64,000 nucleotides of DNA from NCBI GenBank assembly GCA_963796055.1, contig CAWCKH010000004.1:3456001-3520000 (forward strand), read 5' to 3'. Positions 47,110 to 56,541 of this stretch are shown one piece after another. Made by a program: the position numbers and the translations under genes. The notes under the pieces are model-generated. The model was not told where the DNA came from and did no database searches. It saw only the letters and a program-made list of their open reading frames with translations. Position 1 is the stretch's first letter. Every line of letters begins with the position of its first letter. This stretch comes from an uncultured delta proteobacterium (GTDB lineage Bacteria; Myxococcota; Myxococcia; Myxococcales; Myxococcaceae).

Positions 47110-48230
47110 GGCTGCTCCTGGGGTACGACCTCGACGCGCTCACCGTCGATGACCATGGTCGCCCCGGTGGTGATGACCTGCTCGCCGCGGTTCAGGCCCT
47201 GGGTGACCGCGACGCGGTTGCCCACCACGTCTCCGAGCACGACCTCCCGGATCCTGGCACGGGGGTTCGTGCCCGCGCCGTCGACGACCATCACCGCGAA
47301 CTGCTCCTTGCTCTTGAGGCTGGGAACGAAGGCCGTGAGCGGGAGAAGCGGGATGGCGGCGTGGCCTCCCGCGGACTTCAGCTCCACCGCCGCGATCATC
47401 CCGGGCTTCCAGAGACGGTCGGGGTTGGGGACCTCCACCTCCACGTCGAAGTTACGGGTGACGGAATCAGCGATGGCGGCGATCCGGCTCACCTTGGCCG
47501 CGAAGCTCTTGCCCGGGAGGGCATCCGTGGTGACGACCACGTCCTGTCCCAGCTGGACCCCGTGAAGGGCGGTGTCGGGCAGGCCGAGCACGACCTTGAC
47601 GCTGCTGACGTCGCCGATGACGAAGGCCGGCAATCCCGGGCCGGTGTACGCGCCCGGCTCGACGCTCTTCTTCATCACGTCGCCGTCCACGGGGACGGTC
47701 AGCGCGGTGTCCCGGAGCCCCACCTGCGCCTCGGCCAGAAGGGCCTCGGCCGCGGCGAGCTGCGCCCGGGTGCCGTCGCGCTGGGCGGTGGCGTTCTCCA
47801 TCTCCGGGCGGGTGATGCTCTGGGTGGCGAAGAGGCGCTGGGCTCGCTCGAAATCGAGCCGGGCCTTCTCCGCGGCTGCCCGGGCGGCGGCGACCTGACC
47901 GGTGGCCTGGCCCACCTTGTCCCGGTACTCCGCGTCACGGAGTCGGGCAATCACCTCACCCTTGCGGACGCGATCGCCCTCGCCGACGGCGCGGGTCCGG
48001 CCATCGCTGCTCTTCACCTGCATCAGCTCGGTCACGTAGCCGGGGCCGCGGAACGCGAGCGGGACGGTCGCCTTGGCCTGGGCGACGGCCGAGTAGGTGT
48101 CCGCGCTGCCCATCGCCTTGCCGGATCCCACCACCTCGGTGCGGACGGCCGGGGCTGGCTTCTCTGGGGAGCGGGAAGAGCAGGCGCCCAGCAGGCACGC
48201 CCCCGCCAACAACAGGTCACGAGTTCTCAT
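47106..48230 (-). CDS. RND membrane fusion lipoprotein
   Basis: Lipobox LGAC; GDRVRKGEVIARL; PGM; GL..GEQVI..G. Confidence 0.92.
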   Translation of the reverse strand: MRTRDLLLAGACLLGACSSRSPEKPAPAVRTEVVGSGKAMGSADTYSAVAQAKATVPLAFRGPGYVTELMQVKSSDGRTRAVGEGDRVRKGEVIARLRDAEYRDKVGQATGQVAAARAAAEKARLDFERAQRLFATQSITRPEMENATAQRDGTRAQLAAAEALLAEAQVGLRDTALTVPVDGDVMKKSVEPGAYTGPGLPAFVIGDVSSVKVVLGLPDTALHGVQLGQDVVVTTDALPGKSFAAKVSRIAAIADSVTRNFDVEVEVPNPDRLWKPGMIAAVELKSAGGHAAIPLLPLTAFVPSLKSKEQFAVMVVDGAGTNPRARIREVVLGDVVGNRVAVTQGLNRGEQVITTGATMVIDGERVEVVPQEQP

Positions 48231-49575
48231 CGCCGATTGTCCTCTCGAGTTCCGCGGTCGCCGACCAGTAGCCGGCGAGCGCATCAGTGAAGTCATGCCG
48301 GGCCGCGGACAGCCGGGCCTGGGCCTCGAGGACGTCGTTCAGCAGCGTCGCGTCCTCGCGATACTTGTTCCGGAGGTCATCGAGGTAGGCCTTGGCGGCT
48401 TCCTCCGAGAGATGCGCGGCCTCGAGCCGGGCCGCGGCGTCCTTCACCCCGCGCCAGCGCTGCCCCACCTCGACCTCGACCTTCTGCTCCGTTTCCTGCC
48501 GGCCTTGCCGCGCCTTGTCCGCGGCGACCTTCTGCTCGTGGGCCTCGTGACCGCGCCGCCCCCAGTCCCACGGCTCCCAGCTCAGCCACAGGCCCACCGT
48601 CATGACCTCCTTGGGAAGCACCTGGTAGTTGAAGTTCTTGGCGTAGGTCCCCAGGAGCGTGAGGTCGGGGATCCACCCGGAATTGGCGATCCGCCGGGCG
48701 TTCTCGGCCTGGTCGACCTGGAGCGCGATCTTCCGGATCTCGGGGCGGTTCTCCACCGCGCGCTGCCGAGCCTCCCCCAGAGGGACGGCGGCCCTGCTCG
48801 CCACCACCTGGGACGGATCGCTGACCCGAAAGGGCGTGTTGATGTCGCGACCGAGCAGCTGGTTGAGGTGCTCGTGCTCCGTGGCCAGCTCGCTCTCCGA
48901 GGCGGACAGGCGCTGGCGCTCGCGCGCAAGCCGGGCCTTGACCTCCAGCGCCTCCGAGCGAAGGACCCTGCCCTCCGCGAGGTAGCGGCCGGTCAGCTTG
49001 TCGACGTCCTCGATGGCGTGGACCAGGTCCTCCAGCGCGCTCACGCCGGCCTCGGTCGCCGAGACCTTGTAGTACGAGCTCTTCACCTCGGCGACGATGC
49101 GCTGCCGGTCCTTCCGGAGGTCCTCCTGGGCCACCGCCTGGTCCAGCCGGGCCGCCTCGAGGTTCAGGCCAATCCGGTACTGCTGGATGATCGGCTGGGC
49201 GATGGTCGCGGTCACAGTCCCCGAGAAGCCGGTGGGAACGCTCACCGAGGTGTCGGTGGCGGGAATCGGGCCGACCCCCGGGTAGGTGCCGAACGAGCCG
49301 GCGTTGAAGGGGAAGTCCATCGACTTGAGGAGCCGGTTGCCGATCGCGTCGAACTTGAAGGCGGGGAAGCGCCGGGTCACCACCGCCGCGGAACGCTCCT
49401 CGAGCCGCTCGAGCTCGAGCTCGCTCGCCGCGAGCCCGTGATTCTGATGGGACGCAATGGAGACCGCGTCGTCGAGCCGCAGAAGCGGGCCGGTTGCCTC
49501 GCTCGCATTGGCCGGAAGTATCGTCGCCACCAGCACCAGCGCGGCCGTGGCAGCGGACCAGGGAACTCGAATCAC
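48217..49575 (-). CDS. TolC family outer-membrane protein
   Basis: GGAGG RBS; signal peptide; NRPEI, WDWG, DVLEAQ; first gene of the pump operon. Confidence 0.9.
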   Translation of the reverse strand: MIRVPWSAATAALVLVATILPANASEATGPLLRLDDAVSIASHQNHGLAASELELERLEERSAAVVTRRFPAFKFDAIGNRLLKSMDFPFNAGSFGTYPGVGPIPATDTSVSVPTGFSGTVTATIAQPIIQQYRIGLNLEAARLDQAVAQEDLRKDRQRIVAEVKSSYYKVSATEAGVSALEDLVHAIEDVDKLTGRYLAEGRVLRSEALEVKARLARERQRLSASESELATEHEHLNQLLGRDINTPFRVSDPSQVVASRAAVPLGEARQRAVENRPEIRKIALQVDQAENARRIANSGWIPDLTLLGTYAKNFNYQVLPKEVMTVGLWLSWEPWDWGRRGHEAHEQKVAADKARQGRQETEQKVEVEVGQRWRGVKDAAARLEAAHLSEEAAKAYLDDLRNKYREDATLLNDVLEAQARLSAARHDFTDALAGYWSATAELERTIGDENS

Positions 49576-49597
49576 GGAGACCTCCCAAACTCGACAG

Positions 49598-49636
49598 AAC
49601 TAACCGTTTAGTTACGACGAAGTAACTAGTTAGTTA
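49598..49636. promoter_or_regulatory. tandem operators AACTAA-CCGT-TTAGTT and TAACTAGTTAGTTA upstream of tolC
   Basis: Two adjacent palindromic sites; TTGACA on - strand at 49650-49655. Confidence 0.78.
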
Positions 49637-49879
49637 TGTCCAGTCGAGATGTCAAGGGGAGCTGCGCGAGGACCATCGACGCCCGTGATTTCACCCGCTT
49701 GCGGACGGGATCGGGCTCGGGCGGGAAGGAGGGCAGCCCTTCGTCAGGGTCGCCGCCGCGGAACGTCGGTCGGTCAGGACGCGGGGCAGGGGATGCGGGT
49801 CGTTGGCACCGGAGCACGGGGCCCGCGGCGCGGGACGAGCGCCCGGTGAGGGCCTTCGACCCTCGCAGTCAGCGGAGGG

Positions 49880-50530
49880 TCACGCCGTGCGGCGCTCGGG
49901 TTCGCTCCCGGAGTCTAGGAGCATGCGGCAGACGTACTCGACGAACTGCTCGTCGGTGCGGCGCTCGCCGCTCTGCTCCCGGGCCAGGGTCATCACCGAG
50001 TGCTGGAGCACGTAGCCCAGCCCCATGGAGAACAGCGCCGAGCGGAAGAGCTCGGCGTCGGTGCTCGCCCGCAGTTCCCCCGTCGCACGCCCCCGGTCCA
50101 CCAGCTCGGAGATGAGGCCGAGCAGAGGGCCGGAGCTCTCCAGGATGATGCCCCGGCCGCTCTTGCCGTTGGAGAGCAGATCCCAGGCCAGGAGCCGGGC
50201 GAACGGACGATCCTTGAGCAGCAACCGGAAGAACCGCCGGACGATGTCCTCCAGGGCTCGACGCGGTCCGACCTCGGCGGCGACCGCCTTGGAGAAGGCC
50301 GGGTCGGCGAACTCGTGCAGGTGAGCGCCGAGGACGGCGCGGTAGATGCCCGTCTTGTCCCCGTAGTAGGCGTAGATCAGCGCCTTGTTCACCCCGGCCC
50401 GCGCGGCGATCTCGTCCACGCGCGCGCCGGCGAACCCCTGCTCGGCGAACACCATCGTTGCCGCATCGAGGAGCACCTCCCGCGTCGCGGCTGCGTCTCT
50501 CGGGCGCGAAGTCTTTCGATGCCGTGCCAT
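49880..50530 (-). CDS. TetR/AcrR family regulator, paralog B
   Basis: 216 aa, colinear and highly similar to paralog A. Confidence 0.93.
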   Translation of the reverse strand: MARHRKTSRPRDAAATREVLLDAATMVFAEQGFAGARVDEIAARAGVNKALIYAYYGDKTGIYRAVLGAHLHEFADPAFSKAVAAEVGPRRALEDIVRRFFRLLLKDRPFARLLAWDLLSNGKSGRGIILESSGPLLGLISELVDRGRATGELRASTDAELFRSALFSMGLGYVLQHSVMTLAREQSGERRTDEQFVEYVCRMLLDSGSEPERRTA

Positions 50531-50542
50531 CTGGGTATCATC

Positions 50543-50560
50543 TAACCAACGAGTTGGTTA
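50543..50560. promoter_or_regulatory. palindrome TAACCAAC-GA-GTTGGTTA, probable autoregulatory operator
   Basis: Perfect 8-bp inverted repeat 12 nt upstream of the TetR ATG, next to TTGCAT. Confidence 0.75.
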
Positions 50561-50612
50561 ATGCAAATTGTTTCGGTTTGAACTGCCAGGGGCGCACCGA
50601 ACGGGACGACCG

Positions 50613-51998
50613 TCAGACGGAGCTGACGGCCGCCGCGCAGCCCGATGCGACGGCCGGCGCCGTCGGCTCGGCCGACGCTGCGGGCTCGCCACTCCGCGAC
50701 CGGTGCAACGCGCGCACCCGAAGCGCGACCGTGAACAAGACGACGGAGAGCAGGAGGTTCAGCGCGACGAAGCCCCGGACGTGAACTCCGTGATGAACTC
50801 CGATCCAGATCGCCGCCGCGGCACACACGTCTCCGGTGCGCACGACGAACGTGTCGATGACCGCCTTGGCCTTGTACTTCGCGTCGCGGGAGACCACGAG
50901 GTAGAGGGCGTTCAGTCCGGTGGTCTGGACCGAGTACTCCGTACCCTTCTCCGCGATCTTGGCGACGCGAATGAGCCCGAGCGCCGGGAGGAGCAGCATC
51001 GCCGAGGCTCCGAGCAGCGAGACGATCGGGAGCAGGAGCAGCGCCCCGCCGACGCCGAGGTGCTTCAGCACCCGTGAGACGATGAAGAGCTGACCGACGA
51101 CCCCGACCAGGTTCACCCACCAGAAGTACGTCGCCTTGAACTGACCGACGAAGCGCATGGGGTCGGCCACGCCGTGAATCGTGGAGCGAGCGTAGTCGAG
51201 AAGCGTCTTGTCGAGGACGTACTCGCTGGAGTTCAGCACCCAGTTCGCCAGAAGCGTGAGCAGAGCGATGAGCAGCAGGTAGCGGTCCTGCAGCAGCGCC
51301 TGAAAACCTCCCGGGCCGGTGAGGGGCTCGGACCGCACCGGCTTCTGTCCCGGTGTGGGGGATCGTCGGCGATTCCGATGATCGAGCCAGGCGAACGGGA
51401 CCACGGCGACGGCGAGGATTCCGGCCGCCAGGAGCATCAGGGCCAGCGGAGGGAGACGGTTCAGGAGCCAGCCGGCGAGGGCTGCGCCGGCCAGCGCGCC
51501 GATCGAGCTCCCGACACCGACGATCGCGAAGAGCCTCTTGCCTTGCTCGGGCGTGTAGACGTCGTTGGCGAAGCTCCAGAAGGTCGCCACCAGGAGGAAG
51601 TTGAAGGTTCCCACCCAGAGGTAGAAGGCGATCCCGATGGACACCCTGGCCCAGAGGAGCCCGGCGAATGCGAGAAGGTTCGTGGCCACGAAGAGCAGGA
51701 CGGTCGCGATCAGCGCCAGCCGTCCCACTCGCCGAGCGACGGCTCCGTGGAGCCTCAGGACGGGGAGCAGGAGCAACGCCTGCCCTGCCGCGGCGTATGC
51801 CTTCACCTCTGCCCCGCCCGACATGAGGATCAGCGGCTCGCGGGTGACCTTCAGAAGGTAATAGGCCGTGAGCAGCAGAAACAGCGTGCCAGCGAGGACC
51901 AGGGCGGTGACGGCCTCACCGGCCCGAACGTCGGCAAAGGGCCGAAGCAATCGCTCCGGCCAGTCCCGGCGCCTCCGAGGGGAAACGTCATCCGGCAT
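50613..51998 (-). CDS. stand-alone NTT/Npt family nucleotide transporter
   Basis: YYLLKVTREPL, FWSFANDVY, GKRLFA, KYKAKAVIDTFVVRTGD. Confidence 0.9.
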   Translation of the reverse strand: MPDDVSPRRRRDWPERLLRPFADVRAGEAVTALVLAGTLFLLLTAYYLLKVTREPLILMSGGAEVKAYAAAGQALLLLPVLRLHGAVARRVGRLALIATVLLFVATNLLAFAGLLWARVSIGIAFYLWVGTFNFLLVATFWSFANDVYTPEQGKRLFAIVGVGSSIGALAGAALAGWLLNRLPPLALMLLAAGILAVAVVPFAWLDHRNRRRSPTPGQKPVRSEPLTGPGGFQALLQDRYLLLIALLTLLANWVLNSSEYVLDKTLLDYARSTIHGVADPMRFVGQFKATYFWWVNLVGVVGQLFIVSRVLKHLGVGGALLLLPIVSLLGASAMLLLPALGLIRVAKIAEKGTEYSVQTTGLNALYLVVSRDAKYKAKAVIDTFVVRTGDVCAAAAIWIGVHHGVHVRGFVALNLLLSVVLFTVALRVRALHRSRSGEPAASAEPTAPAVASGCAAAVSSV

Positions 51999-52224
51999 GG
52001 CCTTCTCGCGCTTCTGCGGCACCGGGCCTGCCATGGCGAGGAGGGCCGTGGCCGCGCCCGGCACCAGCGCGCACGAGGTGCCACCCCATCCCTCTCAAGG
52101 TGACCGCCGCTGCGGCCACCGACAGCATGTAGATCGCGACGCTCGTCGCGATGCTTCCTGTCGTGATGCAGACGTACGCCAATGCGGCGAGGGAGCCCAC
52201 GGCGGACGACAGTCTCGCGAGCAC
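51988..52224 (-). CDS. possible small two-TM protein
   Basis: Hydrophobic ORF whose stop overlaps the NTT start; AGAAAC-N16-GCCAC upstream. Confidence 0.3.
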   Translation of the reverse strand: MLARLSSAVGSLAALAYVCITTGSIATSVAIYMLSVAAAAVTLRGMGWHLVRAGAGRGHGPPRHGRPGAAEAREGHAG

Positions 52225-52315
52225 TCCCGCCTTCGCGCGTACCGATGCAGGTCGCTCTGGCCACACGCCGATGAGTGGCGCTGCTCGGCAAAGGTGTTTC
52301 TGGAAGGCCGGTCGG

Positions 52316-54229
52316 TCAGCCGATCTCGAAGGGAAGCGCGAAGCGCCCGAGGACCTCCCGGGCCGGTCCGGGCGAGGCGCCACTCTCGAGCTCGAGGAGC
52401 GCCGCCATGCCCCGGGAGCGATTGTGGGTGACGTCGAGAGTCCGGAACGAGACGCCTGCTTCCCGGAGCGCGGTCTCCAGCGCGTCCTTCGCCTCGCGAC
52501 GTCTGAGCTCCGGCTTGAAGATCTTGCCCACCGCGGTGAGCGGCATCTCGTTCACCACGTGGACGCGGCGGGGCAGGGCCGCCCGCTCGCCGATCTCGCG
52601 GGCCAGGAAGTCGAGGATGTCGGCCTCGCGGACGACCGCGCCAGGTCTCGGCTTGACGTAGGCGACCGGCAGCTCTCCGGCGCGCACGTCCGGGCGGCCG
52701 ACGGCCACCGCGATCTCCACCCCCGGGTAGCGGTGCAGCGGCTCCTCGATCGCGACTGGGTCGATGTTGTGGCCGCCACGGATGATCAGCTCCTTCTTCC
52801 GACCGGTGAGCCAGAAATAGCCCTCCGCGTCCCTGCGCCCCAGATCCCCGGTGTTGAGCCAGCGCCGACCGTCGCCGCAGTCGACCCACAGTCCCTGGTT
52901 CTGCGCCGGGTCGTGGTAGCCGGCGAACACGTTGGGCCCGGAGACGACGAGGGTGCCGACCTCGTCGACCGCGCACTCGCGGACGAAGGTCCCCTGTTGG
53001 TCGATCACCACCGCCTTCATCTGCTGCCCGGGCACACGCAGGCCGATCGAGCCCACCCGGCGCTCGCCGCGGGGCGGATTGATGCTGCTCACGCAGGCGG
53101 CCTCGGTGAGGCCGTACCCCTCGAGGATCTCGATGCCCGTGCGCTCCTCGAATGCCCGGAACACCTCGGTGGGCATCGGCGCGGCTCCGCACAGTCCGTA
53201 GTCGAGCGTCGTCAGGTCGTGCGAGCCGATCGGAGTCTGGAGCAGCATCGCGTAGAGCGTCGGGACGCCGCTGAAGAGGTTCACCCGGTGGTGCTCCACC
53301 ACCTCCCAGAACCGGCTCACCAGGCCAGGAGATCGGTACCCCTCCGGCGTCGCCAGGACGACGTGTGCCCCCCGCGAGAACGGCACCAGACCGGTGACCA
53401 GGACGGCGTTCACGTGGAACATGGGCAGGCCGCAGAGCAGGACCTTGCCGGGACCGATGCCCTCGCCGATGACCTGGGAGACGCTCCAGGCGTTCGCCAC
53501 CTCGTTGCCGTGCGTGCGCACCGCCAGCTTCGGAAGCCCGGTCGTTCCGCCGGTGGCGAACCATGAGGAGGTGTCCGAGGGCGAGAAGACCCGGCCGCTC
53601 TTCAGCAGCGACGGGTCCTCGCCCTCGATGGCCGGACCGAAGGGGTGGACGGCGACGGGTCCGGGCAGCGAGTCCGGCAGAGGAGGGGGAGTGCCGCCAC
53701 CCGGCACCGTCACCAGCACCACGTGCTTCAGCGAGGTGTGGCGCGCCAGGGCTGGCTGGAGCCGGGTCCAGAGGTCCATGCCGGGGTGGGGCGCGAGCGT
53801 CACCAGGATCTCCGCGCCCGAGGCCTCGAGCAGCGCCCCCAGGGCAGCGGCTTCGAGCAGCGGGTTCAGCGGGAGGACGATTCCTGCGGCCTCGGCGCCC
53901 CAGATCGCGAAGTGCGTCTCGGGCAGGTTGGGGAGCGCCAGCGCGATGACGGTGTCCTTCGTCGCGTCGAGCCGGTGGAAGAGGTTCGCGGTCTGGGTGA
54001 TGCGGGCGAGGAGCGCGCGGTAGTTCCACGATTCCGGATCCCGGTGACGGTCCACCGTGGGGAAGAAGCTGAGCGCCGGAGCGTCGGGGTCGATCGCCGC
54101 GCCGCGTCGCAGCGCCTCGTAGGTGCTCTGGGAAAGCGCCGGAGCGCCTCGCGCCTCGATGGCCTCCACGTCGCGCAGGCTGGCGATCCCCCGCGCCTCA
54201 CCACTCGATCCCCTGCCGGTCGTCCTCAT
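52316..54229 (-). CDS. acyl-CoA synthetase (AMP-binding)
   Basis: TGGTTGLPK, EGYGLTE, TGDLG, GRKKELIIRGG, TAVGKI. Confidence 0.92.
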   Translation of the reverse strand: MRTTGRGSSGEARGIASLRDVEAIEARGAPALSQSTYEALRRGAAIDPDAPALSFFPTVDRHRDPESWNYRALLARITQTANLFHRLDATKDTVIALALPNLPETHFAIWGAEAAGIVLPLNPLLEAAALGALLEASGAEILVTLAPHPGMDLWTRLQPALARHTSLKHVVLVTVPGGGTPPPLPDSLPGPVAVHPFGPAIEGEDPSLLKSGRVFSPSDTSSWFATGGTTGLPKLAVRTHGNEVANAWSVSQVIGEGIGPGKVLLCGLPMFHVNAVLVTGLVPFSRGAHVVLATPEGYRSPGLVSRFWEVVEHHRVNLFSGVPTLYAMLLQTPIGSHDLTTLDYGLCGAAPMPTEVFRAFEERTGIEILEGYGLTEAACVSSINPPRGERRVGSIGLRVPGQQMKAVVIDQQGTFVRECAVDEVGTLVVSGPNVFAGYHDPAQNQGLWVDCGDGRRWLNTGDLGRRDAEGYFWLTGRKKELIIRGGHNIDPVAIEEPLHRYPGVEIAVAVGRPDVRAGELPVAYVKPRPGAVVREADILDFLAREIGERAALPRRVHVVNEMPLTAVGKIFKPELRRREAKDALETALREAGVSFRTLDVTHNRSRGMAALLELESGASPGPAREVLGRFALPFEIG

Positions 54230-54282
54230 CGCGCTGCCCCCTGGGACCGGGCCCTCCGATGAAGCCCGGTGGTCTTTTGAGT

Positions 54283-54315
54283 AAGACGTAAATGTCAAAT
54301 TGACAAGTTAGTCTT
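54283..54315. promoter_or_regulatory. divergent promoter with paired GAC-N6-GTC operators
   Basis: AAGAC-N5-TGTCAA-A-TTGACA-N5-GTCTT dyad; TTGACA on both strands. Confidence 0.72.
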
Positions 54316-54361
54316 GTTCGGGTTACAGACTGCGCCGAGACGGATTCACGGAGAGGTGGAC

Positions 54362-54769
54362 ATGCTGAACGTCGCGCTCTGGGTTGTTCAGGGACTGCTG
54401 GCCGGGGTGTTCACGCTCACCGGGACCACCAAGCTGGTGCTCCCCCGGGAGGTGCTCGAGAAGCGGATGCACTGGGCGGCAACCTGGCCGCGCTGGCGCA
54501 TCAAGCTGCTCGGTCTCGCCGAGGTCGCCGGGGCCGTGGGCCTGGTGGTTCCCGCGGCCGCGGGCGTGGCACCGGTGCTCACCCCCATCGCCGCCCTGTG
54601 CCTCGCGGTCCTGATGGTGGGCGCGGTCGGCACGCACCGCCGCCTGGGGGAGAGTGTCGTCCCGGCGGTGGTGATCGGCGCGCTCTGCCTGCTCGTCGGT
54701 GCAGCACGCTTGCAGCTGTCTGCACCCGTTTCGCCGCGCCCCGAGCTCTCGCAGGAGGAAATGAGATGA
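54362..54769 (+). CDS. DoxX family membrane protein
   Basis: WVVQGLLA..G..KL, GLAEVAGAVGL, MVGA..H. Confidence 0.85.
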   Translation: MLNVALWVVQGLLAGVFTLTGTTKLVLPREVLEKRMHWAATWPRWRIKLLGLAEVAGAVGLVVPAAAGVAPVLTPIAALCLAVLMVGAVGTHRRLGESVVPAVVIGALCLLVGAARLQLSAPVSPRPELSQEEMR

Positions 54770-56541
54770 CGAAGTCCCAGCGTGTCCCCGTTCTCATCGT
54801 CGGCGGTGGCGGCGCAGGCCTCACCGCCTCGATGCTGCTCGGCACCCACGGCATCGAGTCGCTGCTGGTCAGCGCGCTCCCCACGACCTCCATCCTTCCC
54901 AAGGCGCATGTTCTCAACCAGCGCGCCATGGAGGTCTTCGCCGACGTCGGCGTGGCCGAGGCGATCTACGCCCGCAGCACGCCGGGGGCGCACATGGGCC
55001 ACACCGCCTGGTACCTCGACGTCGCCGGGGACCAGGACGCAGGTCGGCTCATCCACAAGATGGAGTGCTGGGATGGCGGCTACACCGACCCGGCCTGGAT
55101 CGCGGCGAGCCCGTGTCGCCAGGCCAACCTGCCGCAGATCCGGCTGGAGCCCATCCTCCGCGCTCGCGCCGAGCACCTGAACTCCGGTCGGGTGCGCTTC
55201 GGCCACGAGCTCCTGTCACTGCAGCAGGACGCGTGGGGGGTGACGGCCACGGTCCGTGACCTGGAGGGCGGGACCGACTACGAGGTGCGCGCCGACTACC
55301 TGCTCGGCTGCGACGGTGGGCGAACCGTGGGGCGACTCGTCGGTGTCCAGCTCGACGGGCAGCGGGACCTGATGCGCTCGGCCAGCGTCCACATGACGGC
55401 GGACCTCTCACCTTGGCTGCGCGACGACGACGTCCTCATCCGGTGGATCGTGCACACCCGTTACGGGGGGGCCTTCAGCGCGCTGGTGGCGATGGGGCCC
55501 GAGCGCTGGGGCCGAGCCTCCGAGGAGTGGGTCTTCCACATGACCTACCCCCCGGACCTCGAGCCGCTCTTCGACACCGACGAGAAGGCGATCGCGGTCA
55601 TGCGAGAGCGTCTGGGCCTGCCGGACCTGGACGTCAAGGTGCACGTGATCACCCGCTGGCGCGTCGAGGGGCTGGTGGCGCCTGCCACGCGGGTGGGGCG
55701 TGTCTTCCTGCTGGGCGATGCGGCCCACCGCCATCCGCCGACGGGTGGGCTGGGGCTGAACAGCGCGGTCCACGATGCCCACAACCTGTGCTGGAAGCTG
55801 GCCCAGGTGCTCCGGGGAACGGCCGGTGACGCGCTCCTCGACACCTATCACCCCGAGCGATTCCCCGCGTTCGCCCGCAACATGCAGCGCTCGATCGAGA
55901 ACGCGCTGAACCACCTCGAGCTGGTCGAAGCGCTCGGGATCAAGGCGAGCATCGCCCCCGAGGAGTGCCGGCGCAACGTGCGCCAGCTCTGGGAGAAGGG
56001 CCCGGAGAGCGACGCCCGGCGCGAGCAGGTGGCGCGGGTGATGGCGACCCAGTCGATGGAATTCAAGGAGCACAACGTGGAGTTCGGCTTCCGCTACGCG
56101 TCCGAGGCCGTCGTCCCCGACGCCAGCCCGGAGCCGGTGGCCCTGGACGACGTGCGCGTCTACCAGCCGGACACCCGGCCGGGGTCGCCGCTGCCGCACG
56201 CCTGGGTCGAGCGCGCGGGGAACCGCGTTCCGCTCCGCCAGGTCGCACCGCCGTCCAGCTTCACGCTCATCGCGGGTGAGGACGGAGCCGCCTGGTGCGC
56301 GGCGGCCCGGGACGCCGCGGCCCGGCGGGGAATCGAGCTCGTCGCCATCCGGGTGGGACACTGCGAGGGAGACTGGCTCGACCCGCGCCTCGCCTTCCTG
56401 CGCGTGCGCGAGTTCGGCCGGGAGGGGGCGATCCTGGTGCGTCCCGACCGGGTCATCGCCTGGCGATCGATGGGCGCCGCGGCCGATCCGTTGCGCGAGC
56501 TCGGTGTTGCGATGGACACCATTCTGGCCAGGGCCGGGTGA
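54766..56541 (+). CDS. FAD-dependent phenol monooxygenase (PheA/TfdB-like)
   Basis: VGGGGAG, GCDGG, LGDAAHRHPPTGGLGLN, LVRPD. Confidence 0.9.
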   Translation: MTKSQRVPVLIVGGGGAGLTASMLLGTHGIESLLVSALPTTSILPKAHVLNQRAMEVFADVGVAEAIYARSTPGAHMGHTAWYLDVAGDQDAGRLIHKMECWDGGYTDPAWIAASPCRQANLPQIRLEPILRARAEHLNSGRVRFGHELLSLQQDAWGVTATVRDLEGGTDYEVRADYLLGCDGGRTVGRLVGVQLDGQRDLMRSASVHMTADLSPWLRDDDVLIRWIVHTRYGGAFSALVAMGPERWGRASEEWVFHMTYPPDLEPLFDTDEKAIAVMRERLGLPDLDVKVHVITRWRVEGLVAPATRVGRVFLLGDAAHRHPPTGGLGLNSAVHDAHNLCWKLAQVLRGTAGDALLDTYHPERFPAFARNMQRSIENALNHLELVEALGIKASIAPEECRRNVRQLWEKGPESDARREQVARVMATQSMEFKEHNVEFGFRYASEAVVPDASPEPVALDDVRVYQPDTRPGSPLPHAWVERAGNRVPLRQVAPPSSFTLIAGEDGAAWCAAARDAAARRGIELVAIRVGHCEGDWLDPRLAFLRVREFGREGAILVRPDRVIAWRSMGAAADPLRELGVAMDTILARAG

